From Squalus acanthias (Eukaryota), in NCBI GenBank assembly GCA_030390025.1, contig JASTWF010000341.1, positions 374,001-438,000 on the forward strand: a DNA stretch of 64,000 bases, in the 5' to 3' direction. The notes beneath the pieces were generated by a model. It worked only from the letters and a program-made list of their open reading frames with translations. It had not been told where the DNA came from and ran no database searches. Positions 1 through 11,138 of the stretch are shown in pieces (position 1 is the first letter of the stretch; each line of letters starts with the position of its first letter). A program made the position numbers and the translations under genes.

Positions 1-78
1 ATGCCGGTGTTGGACTGGGGTGGACAAAAATGAGAAGTCGCACAACACCAGGTTATAGTCCAACAGTTTTATTTAAAA

Positions 79-116
79 TTACGAGCTTTCGGAGCTGTTG
101 CCCCTTCGTCAGGTAA
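79..116 (-). ncRNA. Minimal hammerhead ribozyme, mirror copy
   Basis: Exact reverse complement of 1738-1775 (ttacgagctttcggagctgttgccccttcgtcaggtaa on +). Confidence 0.8.
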
Positions 117-371
117 AGGTACAATGAGGGAATCTATTACACAGTACATAAACACAGAAAGCAATTTGTCTGCAGAGATACAATCTTTCAGGGAGGCATT
201 ACATCAAAGACACACCAGAGCACAGCCAAGACAATGAGATGGGTCACAGGGGGTCCAACGTGTCAAATCCTGCTGTCTGCAGTTGAGCTTTTAACCTTTT
301 TTTTGTTTTTTTTTTGTTTTGTGCTTTTTAAAATATTTTTATAAACTGGAAAGACAGACAACGATGTCAAG

Positions 372-917
372 TCACGTTCTGTAGCGTGACATGAACCCGA
401 GATCCCTATTGAGGCCGTCCTCATGGGTGCGGAACTTGGCTATCAGTTTCTGCTCGATGATTTTGCGTTGTCGTGTGTTTCGAAGGCCGCCTTGGAGAAC
501 GCTAACCCGCAGATCCGAGGCTGAATGTCCTTGACTGCTGAAGTATTCCCCGACTGGGAGGTAACAATCCTGCCTGGCGATTGTTGCGCGGTGTCCGTTC
601 ATACGTTGTCTCAGTGTCTGCATGGTCTCGCCGATGTACAATGCTCCAGGGCATCCTTTCCTGCAACGTATGAGGTAGACAACGTTGGCCGAGTCACATG
701 AGTATGTACCACGTACCTGGTGGGTAGTGTCCTCACGTGTGATGATGGTATCTGTGTTGATGATCTGGCATGTCTTGCAGAGGTTGCCGTGGCAGGGTTG
801 TGTGGTGTCGTGGTCGCTGTTCTCCTGACAGCTGGGTAATTTGCTGCGAACGATGGTACTTTTGAGGTTAGGCGGCTGCTTGAAGGCGAGTAGTGGAGGC
901 GTGGGGATGGCCTTAGC
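372..917 (-). pseudogene. Second, inverted copy of the Penelope GIY-YIG endonuclease fragment
   Basis: Same protein as the + copy with 6 amino-acid differences (R/H, T/S, Y/H, L/Q, N/D, R/H); retains YIGET. Confidence 0.88.
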
Positions 918-1482
918 CGATGACGATGAACACCTTGCTAAGGCCATCCCCACGCCTCCACTACTCGCCTTCAAGCAGCCGCCTAACCTCAAAAGTACCA
1001 TCGTTCGCAGCAAATTACCCAGCTGTCAGGAGAACAGCGACCACGACACCACACAACCCTGCCACGGCAACCTCTGCAAGACATGCCAGATCATCAACAC
1101 AGATACCATCATCACACGTGAGGACACTACCCACCAGGTACATGGTACATACTCATGTGACTCGGCCAACGTTGTCTACCTCATACGTTGCAGGAAAGGA
1201 TGCCCTGGAGCATTGTACATCGGCGAGAGCATGCAGACACTGAGACAACGTATGAACGGACACCGCGCAACAATCGCCAGGCAGGATTGTTACCTCCCAG
1301 TCGGGGAACACTTCAGCAGTCAAGGACATTCAGCCTCGGATCAGCGGGTTAGCGTTCTCCAAGGCGGCCTTCGAGACACACGACAACACAAAATCATCGA
1401 GCAGAAACTGATAGCCAAGTTCCGCACCCATGAGGACGGCCTCAATAGGGATCTCGGGTTCATGTCACGCTACAGAACGTGA
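918..1482 (+). pseudogene. 5'-truncated Penelope ORF: linker plus GIY-YIG endonuclease, no RT
   Basis: PPLLAFKQPPNLK linker, C-x4-C-x2-C motif, NVVYLIRC...LYIGES...RQRMNGHR, HF, EQKLI and GLNRD are typical of the PLE GIY-YIG domain. The ORF-track N-terminus (841-917) is only the antisense of the other arm. Confidence 0.88.
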
Positions 1483-1737
1483 CTTGACATCGTTGTCTGT
1501 CTTTCCAGTTTATAAAAATATTTTAAAAAGCACAAAACAAAAAAAAAACAAAAAAAAGGTTAAAAGCTCAACTGCAGACAGCAGGATTTGACACGTTGGA
1601 CCCCCTGTGACCCATCTCATTGTCTTGGCTGTGCTCTGGTGTGTCTTTGATGTAATGCCTCCCTGAAAGATTGTATCTCTGCAGACAAATTGCTTTCTGT
1701 GTTTATATACTGTGTAATAGATTCCCTCATTGTACCT

Positions 1738-1775
1738 TTACCTGACGAAGGGGCAACAGCTCCGAAAGCTCGTAA
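1738..1775 (+). ncRNA. Minimal type I hammerhead ribozyme in the Penelope pLTR
   Basis: UUAC-CUGACGA-A-GGGGC-AACA-GCUCC-GAAA-GC-UC^GUAA: core CUGANGA and GAAA, 5-bp stem II, UUAC/GUAA stem I, vestigial palindromic stem III (AGCU), predicted cleavage after C1771. Confidence 0.8.
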
Positions 1776-2357
1776 TTTTAAATAAAACTGTTGGACTATA
1801 ACCTGGTGTTGTGCGACTTCTCATTCTTTTTCTCCATTATTTACATGATTTAAAAAGGACATATGTTCTCCCTTTACTTTCTATGAATGGATTGTTCTTG
1901 CTGAAGCTGTTATTGGCATAGCTCTGCACCAGGTAGGATTCTCTTACCATCAAATCCCCATTGACTACCACTTAGAGCAGATTCTCATTCACCATATTCT
2001 GAAATGTTTGACTCAAGCCATCGTGTCTAGCTTCTAACATCAAAGCACCCCTTAAGCATACCCCTCCAGCTCCAATTCAGTCCACCAAAAAACCTCATTC
2101 TAAATAATAATATCAGACAACTCAAAAACTTATTTATTTAATGGCTGTATTTAAGCTTAAACTGTATAAAGCATTGGCGAAAAATAAATAATTTTGGGTT
2201 TTTTCAGCATTGTATAATTTTAATGTTTTCGTTATGTTATAAATGTTGCTTTTAGCTATAAAATGGTGGCCAAAACCAGTATAAAAAGAGATTGATTTGC
2301 AGTTTTGATTGTTTGAGTTTGAATGGGTGACTGGTTTGTGATTGGTAGTTTTTTTTC

Positions 2358-2600
2358 AGTGTCAGCTGTGGCTCAGTGGGTAGCACTCTCGCCTGTGTCA
2401 GAAGGTTGTGGGTTCAAGTCCTACTCCAGAGACTTGAGCATAAAAAATATAGGCTGACACTCCAGTGCAGTGCTGAGGGAGTGCTGCACTGTCGGAGGTG
2501 CTGTCTTTTGAATGAGATGTTAAACCAAGGCCCCATCTGCTTTCTCGGGTGGATGTAAAAGATCCTATGGCACTATTTTTAAGAAGAGCAGGGGTTCCCT
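2358..2600 (+). mobile_element. tRNA-derived Deu-domain SINE (SacSINE1-like), 3'-truncated
   Basis: A-box tggctcagtgg, B-box ggttcaagtcc, followed by gagggagtgctgcactgtcggaggtg...gatgtaaaagatcc..ggcactattt, a Deu-like core. Sister copies at 6578, 36834 and 44455. Confidence 0.8.
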
Positions 2601-2673
2601 CACCCCTCCACCTTTAATGTACATGTGCCCAGCAAAACCTACATTGCCTCCCATTCCGGTCATCCAACCTGGT

Positions 2674-5560
2674 ACAGATACCTCGGGCAGTGTGGGTCTC
2701 CCAGTGTAGGAGACACAGATACCTCGGGCAGTGTGGATCTCTCAGTTTAGGATACACAGATACCTCGGGCAGTGTGGGTCTCAGTGTAGGAGACACAGAT
2801 ACCTCGGGCAGTGTGGATCTCTCAGTGTAGGAGACACAGATACCTCGGGCAGTGTGGATCTCTCAGTTTAGGATACACAGATACCTCGGGCAGTGTGGGT
2901 CTCCCAGTGTAGGAGACACAGATACCTCGGGCAGTGTGGGTCTCAGTGTAGGAGACACAGATACCTCGGGCAGTGTGGGTCTCCCAGTGTAGGATACACA
3001 GATACCTCGGGCAGTGTGGGTCTCCCAGTGTAGGAGACACAGATACCTCGGGCAGTGTGGATCTCTCAGTGTAGGAGACACAGATACCTCGGGCAGTGTG
3101 GGTCTCCCAGTGTAGGAGACACAGATACCTCGGGCAGTGTGGGTCTCCCAGTGTAGGAGACACAGATACCTCGGGCAGTGTGGGTCTCCCAGTGTAGGAG
3201 ACACAGATACCTCGGGCAGTGTGGATCTCCCAGTGTAGGAGACACAGATACCTCGGGCAGTGTGGGTCTCCCAGTGTAGGAGACACAGATACCTCGGGCA
3301 GTGTGGATCTCTCAGTGTAGGAGACACAGATACCTCGGGCAGTGTGGGTCTCCCAGTGTAGGAGACACAGATACCTCGGGCAGTGTGGATCTCCCAGTGT
3401 AGGAGACACAGATACCTCGGGCAGTGTGGATCTCTCAGTGTAGGAGACACAGATACCTCGGGCAGTGTGGGTCTCCCAGTGTAGGAGACACAGATACCTC
3501 GGGCAGTGTGGGTCTCAGTGTAGGAGACACAGATACCTCGGGCAGTGTGGGTCTCAGTTTAGGAGACACAGATACCTCGGGCAGTGTGGGTCTCAGTGTA
3601 GGAGACACAGATACCTCGGGCAGTGTGGGTCTCAGTGTAGGAGACACAGATACCTCGGGCAGTGTGGATCTCTCAGTTTAGGATACACAGATACCTCGGG
3701 CAATGTGGGTCTCAGTGTAGGAGACACAGATACCTCGGGCAGTGTGGATCTCTCAGTTTAGGATACACAGATACCTCGGGCAGTGTGGGTCTCAGTGTAG
3801 GAGACACAGATACCTCGGGCAGTGTGGGTCTCAGTTTAGGAGACACAGATACCTCGGGCAGTGTGGGTCTCAGTGTAGGAGACACAGATACCTCGGGCAG
3901 TGTGGGTCTCAGTGTAGGAGACACAGATACCTCGGGCAGTGTGGATCTCTCAGTTTAGGATACACAGATACCTCGGGCAGTGTGGGTCTCAGTGTAGGAG
4001 ACACAGATACTTCGGGCAGTGTGGGTCTCAGTGTAGGAGACACAGATACCTCGGGCAGTGTGGGTCTCAGTGTAGGAGACACAGATACCTCGGGCAGTGT
4101 GGGTCTCAGTGTAGGAGACACAGATACCTCGGGCAGTGTGGATCTCTCAGTTTAGGATACACAGATACCTCAGGCAGTGTGGGTCTCAGTGTAGGAGACA
4201 CAGATACCTCGGGCAATGTGGATCTCCCAGTGTAGGAGACACAGATACCTCGGGCAGTGTGGGTCTCAGTGTAGGAGACACAGATACCTCGGGCAGTGTG
4301 GATCTCTCAGTTTAGGATACACAGATACCTCGGGCAGTGTGGGTCTCAGTGTAGGAGACACAGATACCTCGGGCAGTGTGGGTCTCCCAGTGTAGGAGAC
4401 ACAGATACCTCGGGCAGTGTGGGTCTCAGTGTAGGAGACACAGATACCTCGGGCAGTGTGGGTCTCCCAGTGTAGGAGACACAGATACCTCGGGCAGTGT
4501 GGGTCTCAGTGTAGGAGACACAGATACCTCGGGCAGTGTGGGTCTCAGTGTAGGAGACACAGATACCTCGGGCAGTGTGGGTCTCAGTGTAGGAGACACA
4601 GATACCTCGGGCAGTGTGGATCTCTCAGTTTAGGATACACAGATACCTCGGGCAGTGTGGGTCTCAGTGTAGGAGACACAGATACCTCGGGCAGTGTGGG
4701 TCTCAGTGTAGGAGACACAGATACCTCGGGCAGTGTGGATCTCTCAGTTTAGGATACACAGATACCTCAGGCAGTGTGGGTCTCAGTGTAGGAGACACAG
4801 ATACCTCGGGCAGTGTGGGTCTCAGTGTAGGAGACACAGATACCTCGGGCAGTGTGGGTCTCAGTGTAGGAGACACAGATACCTCGGGCAGTGTGGGTCT
4901 CAGTTTAGGAGACACAGATACCTCGGGCAGTGTGGATCTCAGTTTAGGAGACACAGATACCTCGGGCAGTGTGGATCTCAGTGTAGGAGACACAGATACC
5001 TCGGGCAGTGTGGATCTCAGTGTAGGAGACACAGATACCTCGGGCAATGTGGGTCTCAGTGTAAGAGACACAGATACCTCGGGCAATGTGGGTCTCAGTG
5101 TAGGAGACACAGATACCTTGGGCAGTGTGGATCTCCCAGTGTAGGAGACACAGATACCTCGGGCAGTGTGGGTCTCAGTGTAGGAGACACAGATACCTCG
5201 GGCAATGTGGGTCTCAGTTTAGGAGACACAGATACCTCGGGCAGTGTGGGTCTCCCAGTGTAGGAGACACAGATACCTCGGGCAGTGTGGGTCTCAGTGT
5301 AGGAGACACAGATACCTCGGGCAGTGTGGGTCTCAGTGTAGGAGACACAGATACCTCGGGCAGTGTGGGTCTCCCAGTGTAGGAGACACAGATACCTCGG
5401 GCAATGTGGGTCTCAGTTTAGGAGACACAGATACCTCGGGCAGTGTGGGTCTCCGAGTGTAGGAGACACAGATACCTTGGGCAGTGTAGGTCTCCCAGTG
5501 TAGGAGACACAGATACCTCGGGCAGTGTGGGTCTCCCAGAGTAGGAGACACAGATACCTC
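2674..5560. repeat. Minisatellite of about 72 copies of a 39/41-bp unit, cagatacctcgggcagtgtgggtctc(cc)agtgtaggagaca
   Basis: Uninterrupted tandem units with few variants and no unique spacers. It accounts for all repetitive ORFs between 2614 and 5653. Confidence 0.98.
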
Positions 5561-6685
5561 AATTTCAAGGGGTGCAAACTTGAGCCTATAATACATCATA
5601 CACGCATGCACAAGATACATATGCTTAACAAGATGAGAAACAGACCATTTCATTTTAGAACTGGATCAACATATTTTTTTAAGATATCTTTTAAAAATAT
5701 GTTGACCCAGTTCTAAAATGGATTCCAAATGTTCTTTTGAAAACTGAAAGGCCTGTTCAAATAATCCTTTACAAAATGGTTTAGCATTGTGAATATTGAC
5801 AGGAGGGTGGAGGGAGATATCCTGTGTGTTGTCCAGTAAACAGTTTACCATGGTTGGTGTTACTGGCTAGAATTGGCTACATTACTTCAATATAAAGAAT
5901 AAAAGTTATAGGTTTTCATTCACAAGAATTTCTATCGGTTCGCACAAATTAATAAGCAGTTTGCACTAGAAAACAAGTTATTGGAAAACGTTTCAGCCTG
6001 AACAGGAAACATTTTGCTGGTCATCTGGATGTTACTCAGAGCATCTTGACCTGCCAGTACAGTTACTCATTAATTCAATGAAAATTGCTTTGGTATTTCT
6101 CATTGTGATTGGATTTAACAGTAGTTTTCTGCACTGTGTTTGGCTACCTATAACAGATCCCTTATATCCAGCATCACCCTTAAACACCCCATCCTCACAC
6201 CTAGAGAAAATAGGCTGAATCAGAATAAAAGGAAAATATTTTCAACTAGACTTAGATCATCAAGACTAGCTGCGTGACAACTGACAGGATAATGTCACTG
6301 AATATCACCTTCTTAAAAAGTGGCTGAGACTAACAGCTTTCAGAACGTCATATACAAGAGCATTTACAACTCAAAATGGTAGGAATTTGCTCTGTGGTTC
6401 AGGGACAAGCACCACTCACCCACAGTTTGCCTTATCTGAGATTCTATCGACAGTGACAATCTTGGCTTTTCTTGGCTTTTTTCTGACCATCTTGCTTCCC
6501 AGAGGGTACTGCCTAAATAATAACATTCTTGGATCTTAACATGTAATTTTCAACAAGTTTATACTCTGTTCTTTGACCCGGTGTCAGCCTTGGCTCAGTG
6601 GTCGCACACTTACTTCTGAACCAGAAGGTTGTGAGTTCAATTCCCACTCCAGAGACTTGAGCACCTAATTTAGATTGACACTTCT

Positions 6686-8089
6686 GGGGCGATTTTCCCA
6701 GCCCCGTGGAGGCGGGTTTGGAGGCGGGACAGTTGGCAAAATGGCAAAAACTGAGGGCGGGTTCGGAACCCGCCTCCGTGCAATTTTGCCAGAGGCGGGT
6801 TTGATGGGTGCGATTCGGTCCCGCCTCCATCAGTCAGGAGAGGTAGTTAAGACCCTTAAATAGCAGTTAAGGGCCTCTATAATCCTATTTTGACAGGCCT
6901 TCGTTATTTTACCACATTTTCAGCATGTTGCACAACCCTCCTAAACCACGCCAGCTGATCCTGGCGGGTTGACAAGTGGGTGGCCTCCTCACAGCTGCAG
7001 CTCCACCATTAAAATGGAGCTTTCATCAGGGAGCAGTTGCAGGTGGCAGAACTTTTGTTCCAAAAGTCTTTCAGCACTTTTAGCAGGCCTATCGAAGTCG
7101 GAGGTGCTGCAGCTTTTATCTCTCAACTGTGGGGCCTCCTTGGAAGACCCTCTCCCCGCTTGGACTGAGCGCTTCCCCAACGGAGGTATCTGCCAGCAGC
7201 ATGGGAACCATTTATTTCCTTTCACCATGGACCTCAGATTCGGATGAGGAGCAGCCACGGCAGCAGCAGAACCAGGCAGCTCAACAGCAGCAGGAGCCCC
7301 ACCCTCCTGCTCACCCACCTGATGCTGCACAGGGCAGAAGGCGCCTGCGCATGGAAGCACGTCGTGCAAGGAATGCACTCATCCTGGCCAGATTTGCATA
7401 GGTTGCCCATTGTGGCACATGTGCTTTGCTCCTTCTTAACACATGATAGACAATGGACATGACTCTCTGGCCTCCTTTCACTCTGACCACGCAAGTGTCG
7501 CGGAGCCCGCAATGTGGAGCTGCCTAAGCTGAAATAACAGATGCCATCATGCCAACAGTTTGCCATCACCTAATTTTAATACATTCCCACAGGGATGGCA
7601 TTTCATCAATAAACAGAAACAATCACCCAATCTGCTCACAGATCTGGAGGTTATATCCCTTACCAGCTGGACCCACACAGCCTTGGTTTCTTTGGGAGGC
7701 CTCTTCCTCCCAGATGAGGGGAAGAGCACCTCCCTGCTAGCTCTCGCCCCCTCAACCAGCATACACAGCGCCTCATCCGAGAACCTCGGGGAGGCCCTTG
7801 CCTTGGAGCTGGCCATTCTTCAAGGAGATAACAGCTTGGAGGTGTTGCAGCATCGACCAAAAACCAGTGGAATGAGCCAAGGCAGCAAGCAGCCCTTAAA
7901 TGAAGCTGGATAAGTGACGTCAGCAGAGGCGAGTTTCAGTCCCAAAACACTAATTGGCCCAGGGGAACCCACACCTCTGAAATCAACTGGCAAATTAGAG
8001 GAAAATCACAAATTTTTCCCACCTCTCAGTGGAGGCGGGTTTGGAACCCACCCAAACCGAAACCCGCCTCCATTGGGAAAATCGCGCCC
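6686..8089. mobile_element. Non-autonomous PIF/Harbinger DNA transposon (internal deletion derivative)
   Basis: TIRs ggggcgattttccca / tgggaaaatcgcgccc, subterminal ggaggcggg repeats at both ends, ttc on both flanks. Contains a Myb/SANT remnant on - and a putative transposase remnant on +. Confidence 0.8.
7620..7816 (-). pseudogene. Harbinger Myb/SANT-like DNA-binding protein, N-terminal fragment
   Basis: MASSKARASPRFSDEALCMLVEGARASREVLFPSSGRKRPPKETKAVWVQLVRDITSRS matches the RFS..E...LV...R..LF......W..(I/L) pattern of Harbinger/NAIF1-type Myb domains. Confidence 0.75.
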
Positions 8090-8899
8090 TTCAGTACGGA
8101 ACTGAGGGGTTGCTGCACTGCCGGAGATGCCTTTTTCTAGCTGAGAAGTTAGACTGAGGACCCACTGCCCGCTCAGGTGGATGTAAAAGATCTCACTGCA
8201 CTATTCGAAGCAGAGTAGGGGAATAGCCTTGCCAATATTTATTCCTCAACGAACACCACTAAAACTGATTATCTGGTTATTATTTCATTGCTGTTTACGG
8301 AACCTTGCTGTGCGCAAATTGGCTGCTGCGTTTCCTACCTTATAACAGCGACGACACTTCAAAAGTACTTCATTAGTTGTAAAGCACTTTGGCACTTATA
8401 TAAATACAAGTTCTTTCTTTTCTTTCTTTAATTTCTCTTCCCTCAGCTTAAAAGTTTTTATTCTGAAAAACAGAATGTTGTGATTATTCCAAGTTGAAGG
8501 ATCTGTGAACACCAAGTGCTCATGAAGGAATTCCTGAATGGTGTACATAACTTTACCTTAACAACCTGACAGAGTTCTGTGCAAACCACAATATGACCTC
8601 CTTATATTTCATGTCTTTGAAGAATGCAGTGCATTGGGAACATCTTATTCTGATTTTACAAAAGCCTCTTTAAAATGATCTTTGAAATCATTTTTCAAAG
8701 TAACAGAAGTTTATACTCATACTTGTAAACAGTCAATTAAATAAGGCTACAGAACGTACATATAGAGGAATCTATTGCATATAAATGCAAGTCTTTCTTT
8801 TTCAGGCTTTTTGTCTTCCAACTCTAATATCTTTTGTTGTCTACTTATTTCCTCTGTCCCTCATTTACATACATTCTTTAAATCCCATTAGTTTTATCT

Positions 8900-9620
8900 A
8901 TGCTGGAACTGGAGCGCACGCTGTTAGATTTTTTCCTGCATCCTTCAGCTCGAAAATGTTTTGTGCCGTAACTTGCTGCTAGTGTGAGCTGGTAACAGTG
9001 TAGCGAGAGCAACGGGGAGTCTGGGACCTTTGTTAATGGTGGGACTAACAGTGTTTCTCCTTAAATAATAAGATTTAAAGATTGAGAATGAAACAGAGGA
9101 GCAACGGCGAAGGAGGGTGAATTCGAGTCAAACCCGGTACAGAAAGAGAAATAAAGAGAGGAAAAGAAAGACTGGATTCAGAGGGTGAGAAAAAAGAGAC
9201 AGAAAGAAAAAGTAAGAAAAAATATTAAAAATTTAAAATTTGACATTTTTAAAATCTCTAACAACAATTCACTACATGCAGGAATGAAATTGAACACTTC
9301 AAATTATTCCCATTCTGAGTCAGAGAGGTTGATTGGGTTGGATTAACAATTATCACATTGATAAAAAGGTACTTACACTCTTAATTACCAGACTTAACTT
9401 TCTGTGGCGAGTTTAATGTGCAAATCGAACAAGTACTTAAAAATAAGGGGGAAGCTAAGGGCGAGATGCTGTTTGTGCGAAGCAAACGACAGCGCGGTGT
9501 TTTTCGACCAACAAGTTCTGCAGTTTCACAATTCATGGCGTATCTCTTAATCCCCTGAACTTGCTGGCCGATTTGCACATTAATAACGGCGTGCATCATT
9601 TTTCTAGCAAGATTGGCCCT
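8900..9620. mobile_element. Probable non-autonomous DNA transposon fragment (Harbinger-like right end)
   Basis: Ends in tagcaagattggccc, a GGG-type TIR on -. CpG-enriched ends around a purine-rich core. No left TIR found. Confidence 0.4.
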
Positions 9621-10591
9621 ATAGCTTTAAATGAGTGTGAAAATTCATAGCGTAGACTCGTATCAAGGTTATATTTCATTAGTTTAATTCTATTTTTGTT
9701 TTTTGTGCCTGTGCTTTCTGGTGATAGTACCTCCTTGTCCACACTCCAGAACATGGCTATACTGCCTATAGTTTTGTAGGCTCGCATTGACTGCTGCTTT
9801 GTAACTCAAAATAGGCATTTCCAGCCCATTATTGGTTGTCATTTCTGTTACCAGATGGGCTAAGAGAAGTGTTCTTGCCTTATTCCTCGGGAGTTTAAGG
9901 TCTGTTACTAAATCTCAATTTATATGAGAAAATATGAAAGGGCTGTAGTGCAATGTAATGGTGGTCCTTGCAAGAAAGGGAGTCTCTAGATTGGCTACAA
10001 AACATGGCAATAGTGTTCAATTACAGTCGCATAAACAACTTAATTGCTATTCTTTGTCTTTTTAAAAGTTTTTATACTATCAATATGACATGTTGCCTGT
10101 AATAAATTCACCAATGGATTGCAGGCTTGCAATCTAATTTCTCAAAGATATGAAACACAAGAAAGCTTGTATTACAGTTTATGCAGCAATTTTCTGCATT
10201 TTGGTGATATTGGTAGTGATGCTAAAGCAACTGTAAGATACCCTATTTCTGTATACAGATATATGTAGGATTAGGATTTGGTTTAATCTCATATGATTAA
10301 TTAAGGTTTTTGTTTTCTTTTGATTTATATAAAACTTGTGGATTTTGTACTGTAGCTAGAATAAATGAAATGGTTCAATTGTTAATTCCCAGGATGCTTT
10401 AGGGTTTAATGTATCAGTGCACAATTTATCTGCCGGCTGTTTATTTTCTGCTGAGGTGCAAGATGTGTCATTCGTGCTGTTTACTTCTTTTTGTCAATAC
10501 ATTGGAAACAAGTTAGTTTTGAGATAGGAAATGGGACAATGACCAAGATGATTAGTTACATGCTTAATGGTAAATAAGTTAACATCTGATT

Positions 10592-11138
10592 TTTTTTAAA
10601 ATTCGTTCATGGGATATGGGCGTCGCTGGCAAAGCCAGCATTTATTGCCCATCCCTAGTTGCCCTTGAGAAGGTGCCTTCTTGAACCGCTGCGGTCCATG
10701 TCGTGAAGGTACTCCCACAGTGCTGTTAGGGAGGGAGTTCCAGGATTTTGACCCAGCGACGATGAAGGATCGGCGATATACTTCCAAGTCAGGATGGTGT
10801 GTGACTTGGAGAGGAACTTGCAGGTGGTGGTGTTCCCATGCGCCTGCTGCCCTTGTCCTTCTGGGTGGTAGAGGTTGCGGGTTTGGGAGGTGCTGCTGAA
10901 GAAGCCTTGGCGAGTTGTTGCAGTGCATCTTGTAGATGGTACACACTGCAGCCACGGTACGCCGGTGGTGGAGGGAGTGAATGTTTAAGGTGGTGGATGG
11001 GGTACCAATCAAGCGGGCTGCTTTGCCTTGGATGGTGTCGAGCTTCTTGAGTGTTGTTGGAGCTGCATTCATCCAGGCAAGTGGAGAGTATTCCATCACG
11101 CTCCTTACTTGTGCCTTGTAGATGGTGGAAAGGCTTTT
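10592..11138 (-). mobile_element. LINE 3' fragment (family B: CR1/L2-group, RT C-terminus plus 3' UTR)
   Basis: YKAQVRSVMEYSPLAW...LDTIQGKAARLI, with a poly-T (poly-A on -) at about 10590. Highly similar to 25614-26150 and 35665-36200. Confidence 0.88.

Larger units (their letters stand above)
29..1825. mobile_element. Penelope-like retroelement (PLE) 3' portion, present as an inverted duplication (arms 29-917 and 937-1825, 19-bp spacer)
   Basis: 29-66 (aatgagaagtcgcacaacaccaggttatagtccaacag) is the reverse complement of 1788-1825. The symmetry holds to the centre, ccttagc-[cgatgacgatgaacacctt]-gctaagg. Both arms encode a PLE-type GIY-YIG domain. PLE-like sequence on the left runs on to base 1. 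Confidence 0.92.
6578..8428 (+). mobile_element. Deu-SINE (SacSINE1-like) split by a Harbinger insertion (SINE parts 6578-6685 and 8090-8428)
   Basis: The head ends ...tagattgacacttc and resumes ttcagtacggaactgaggggttgctgcactg, collinear with the 2358 copy. It ends in an L2-like tail, tataaatacaagttctttc. Confidence 0.82.

Noticed and set aside
372..1482. Two overlapping 213-aa antisense genes
   Set aside because: The shared N-terminal 26 residues start at a TTG and are just the antisense of the opposite arm. Only the GIY-YIG part is real, and it lacks a start codon and RT.
2358..2430. Functional tRNA genes (also at 6578 and 36600-36686)
   Set aside because: A and B boxes are present, but they run directly into SINE or LINE bodies and no convincing cloverleaf is apparent.
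2690..2720. RAG recombination signal heptamer in the minisatellite (cagtgtg / cacaga)
   Set aside because: Not a true CACAGTG, no nonamer at 12 or 23 bp spacing, and no Ig/TCR segments nearby.
2674..5560. CRISPR-like array, or a repeat-guided nuclease system together with the nearby GIY-YIG ORF
   Set aside because: Units are contiguous with no unique spacers and there are no cas genes. The context is vertebrate, the nuclease is a standard truncated Penelope domain about 850 bp from the array's flank, and I see no sequence link between the two.
2614..5653. Repetitive proteins (PTLPEVSVS, GDTDTSGSV, RRHRYLGQCG)
   Set aside because: These are translation artefacts of the 39-bp unit, which is a multiple of 3. 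Frames switch at every 41-bp unit, starts are mostly GTG, and there is no splice or homology support.
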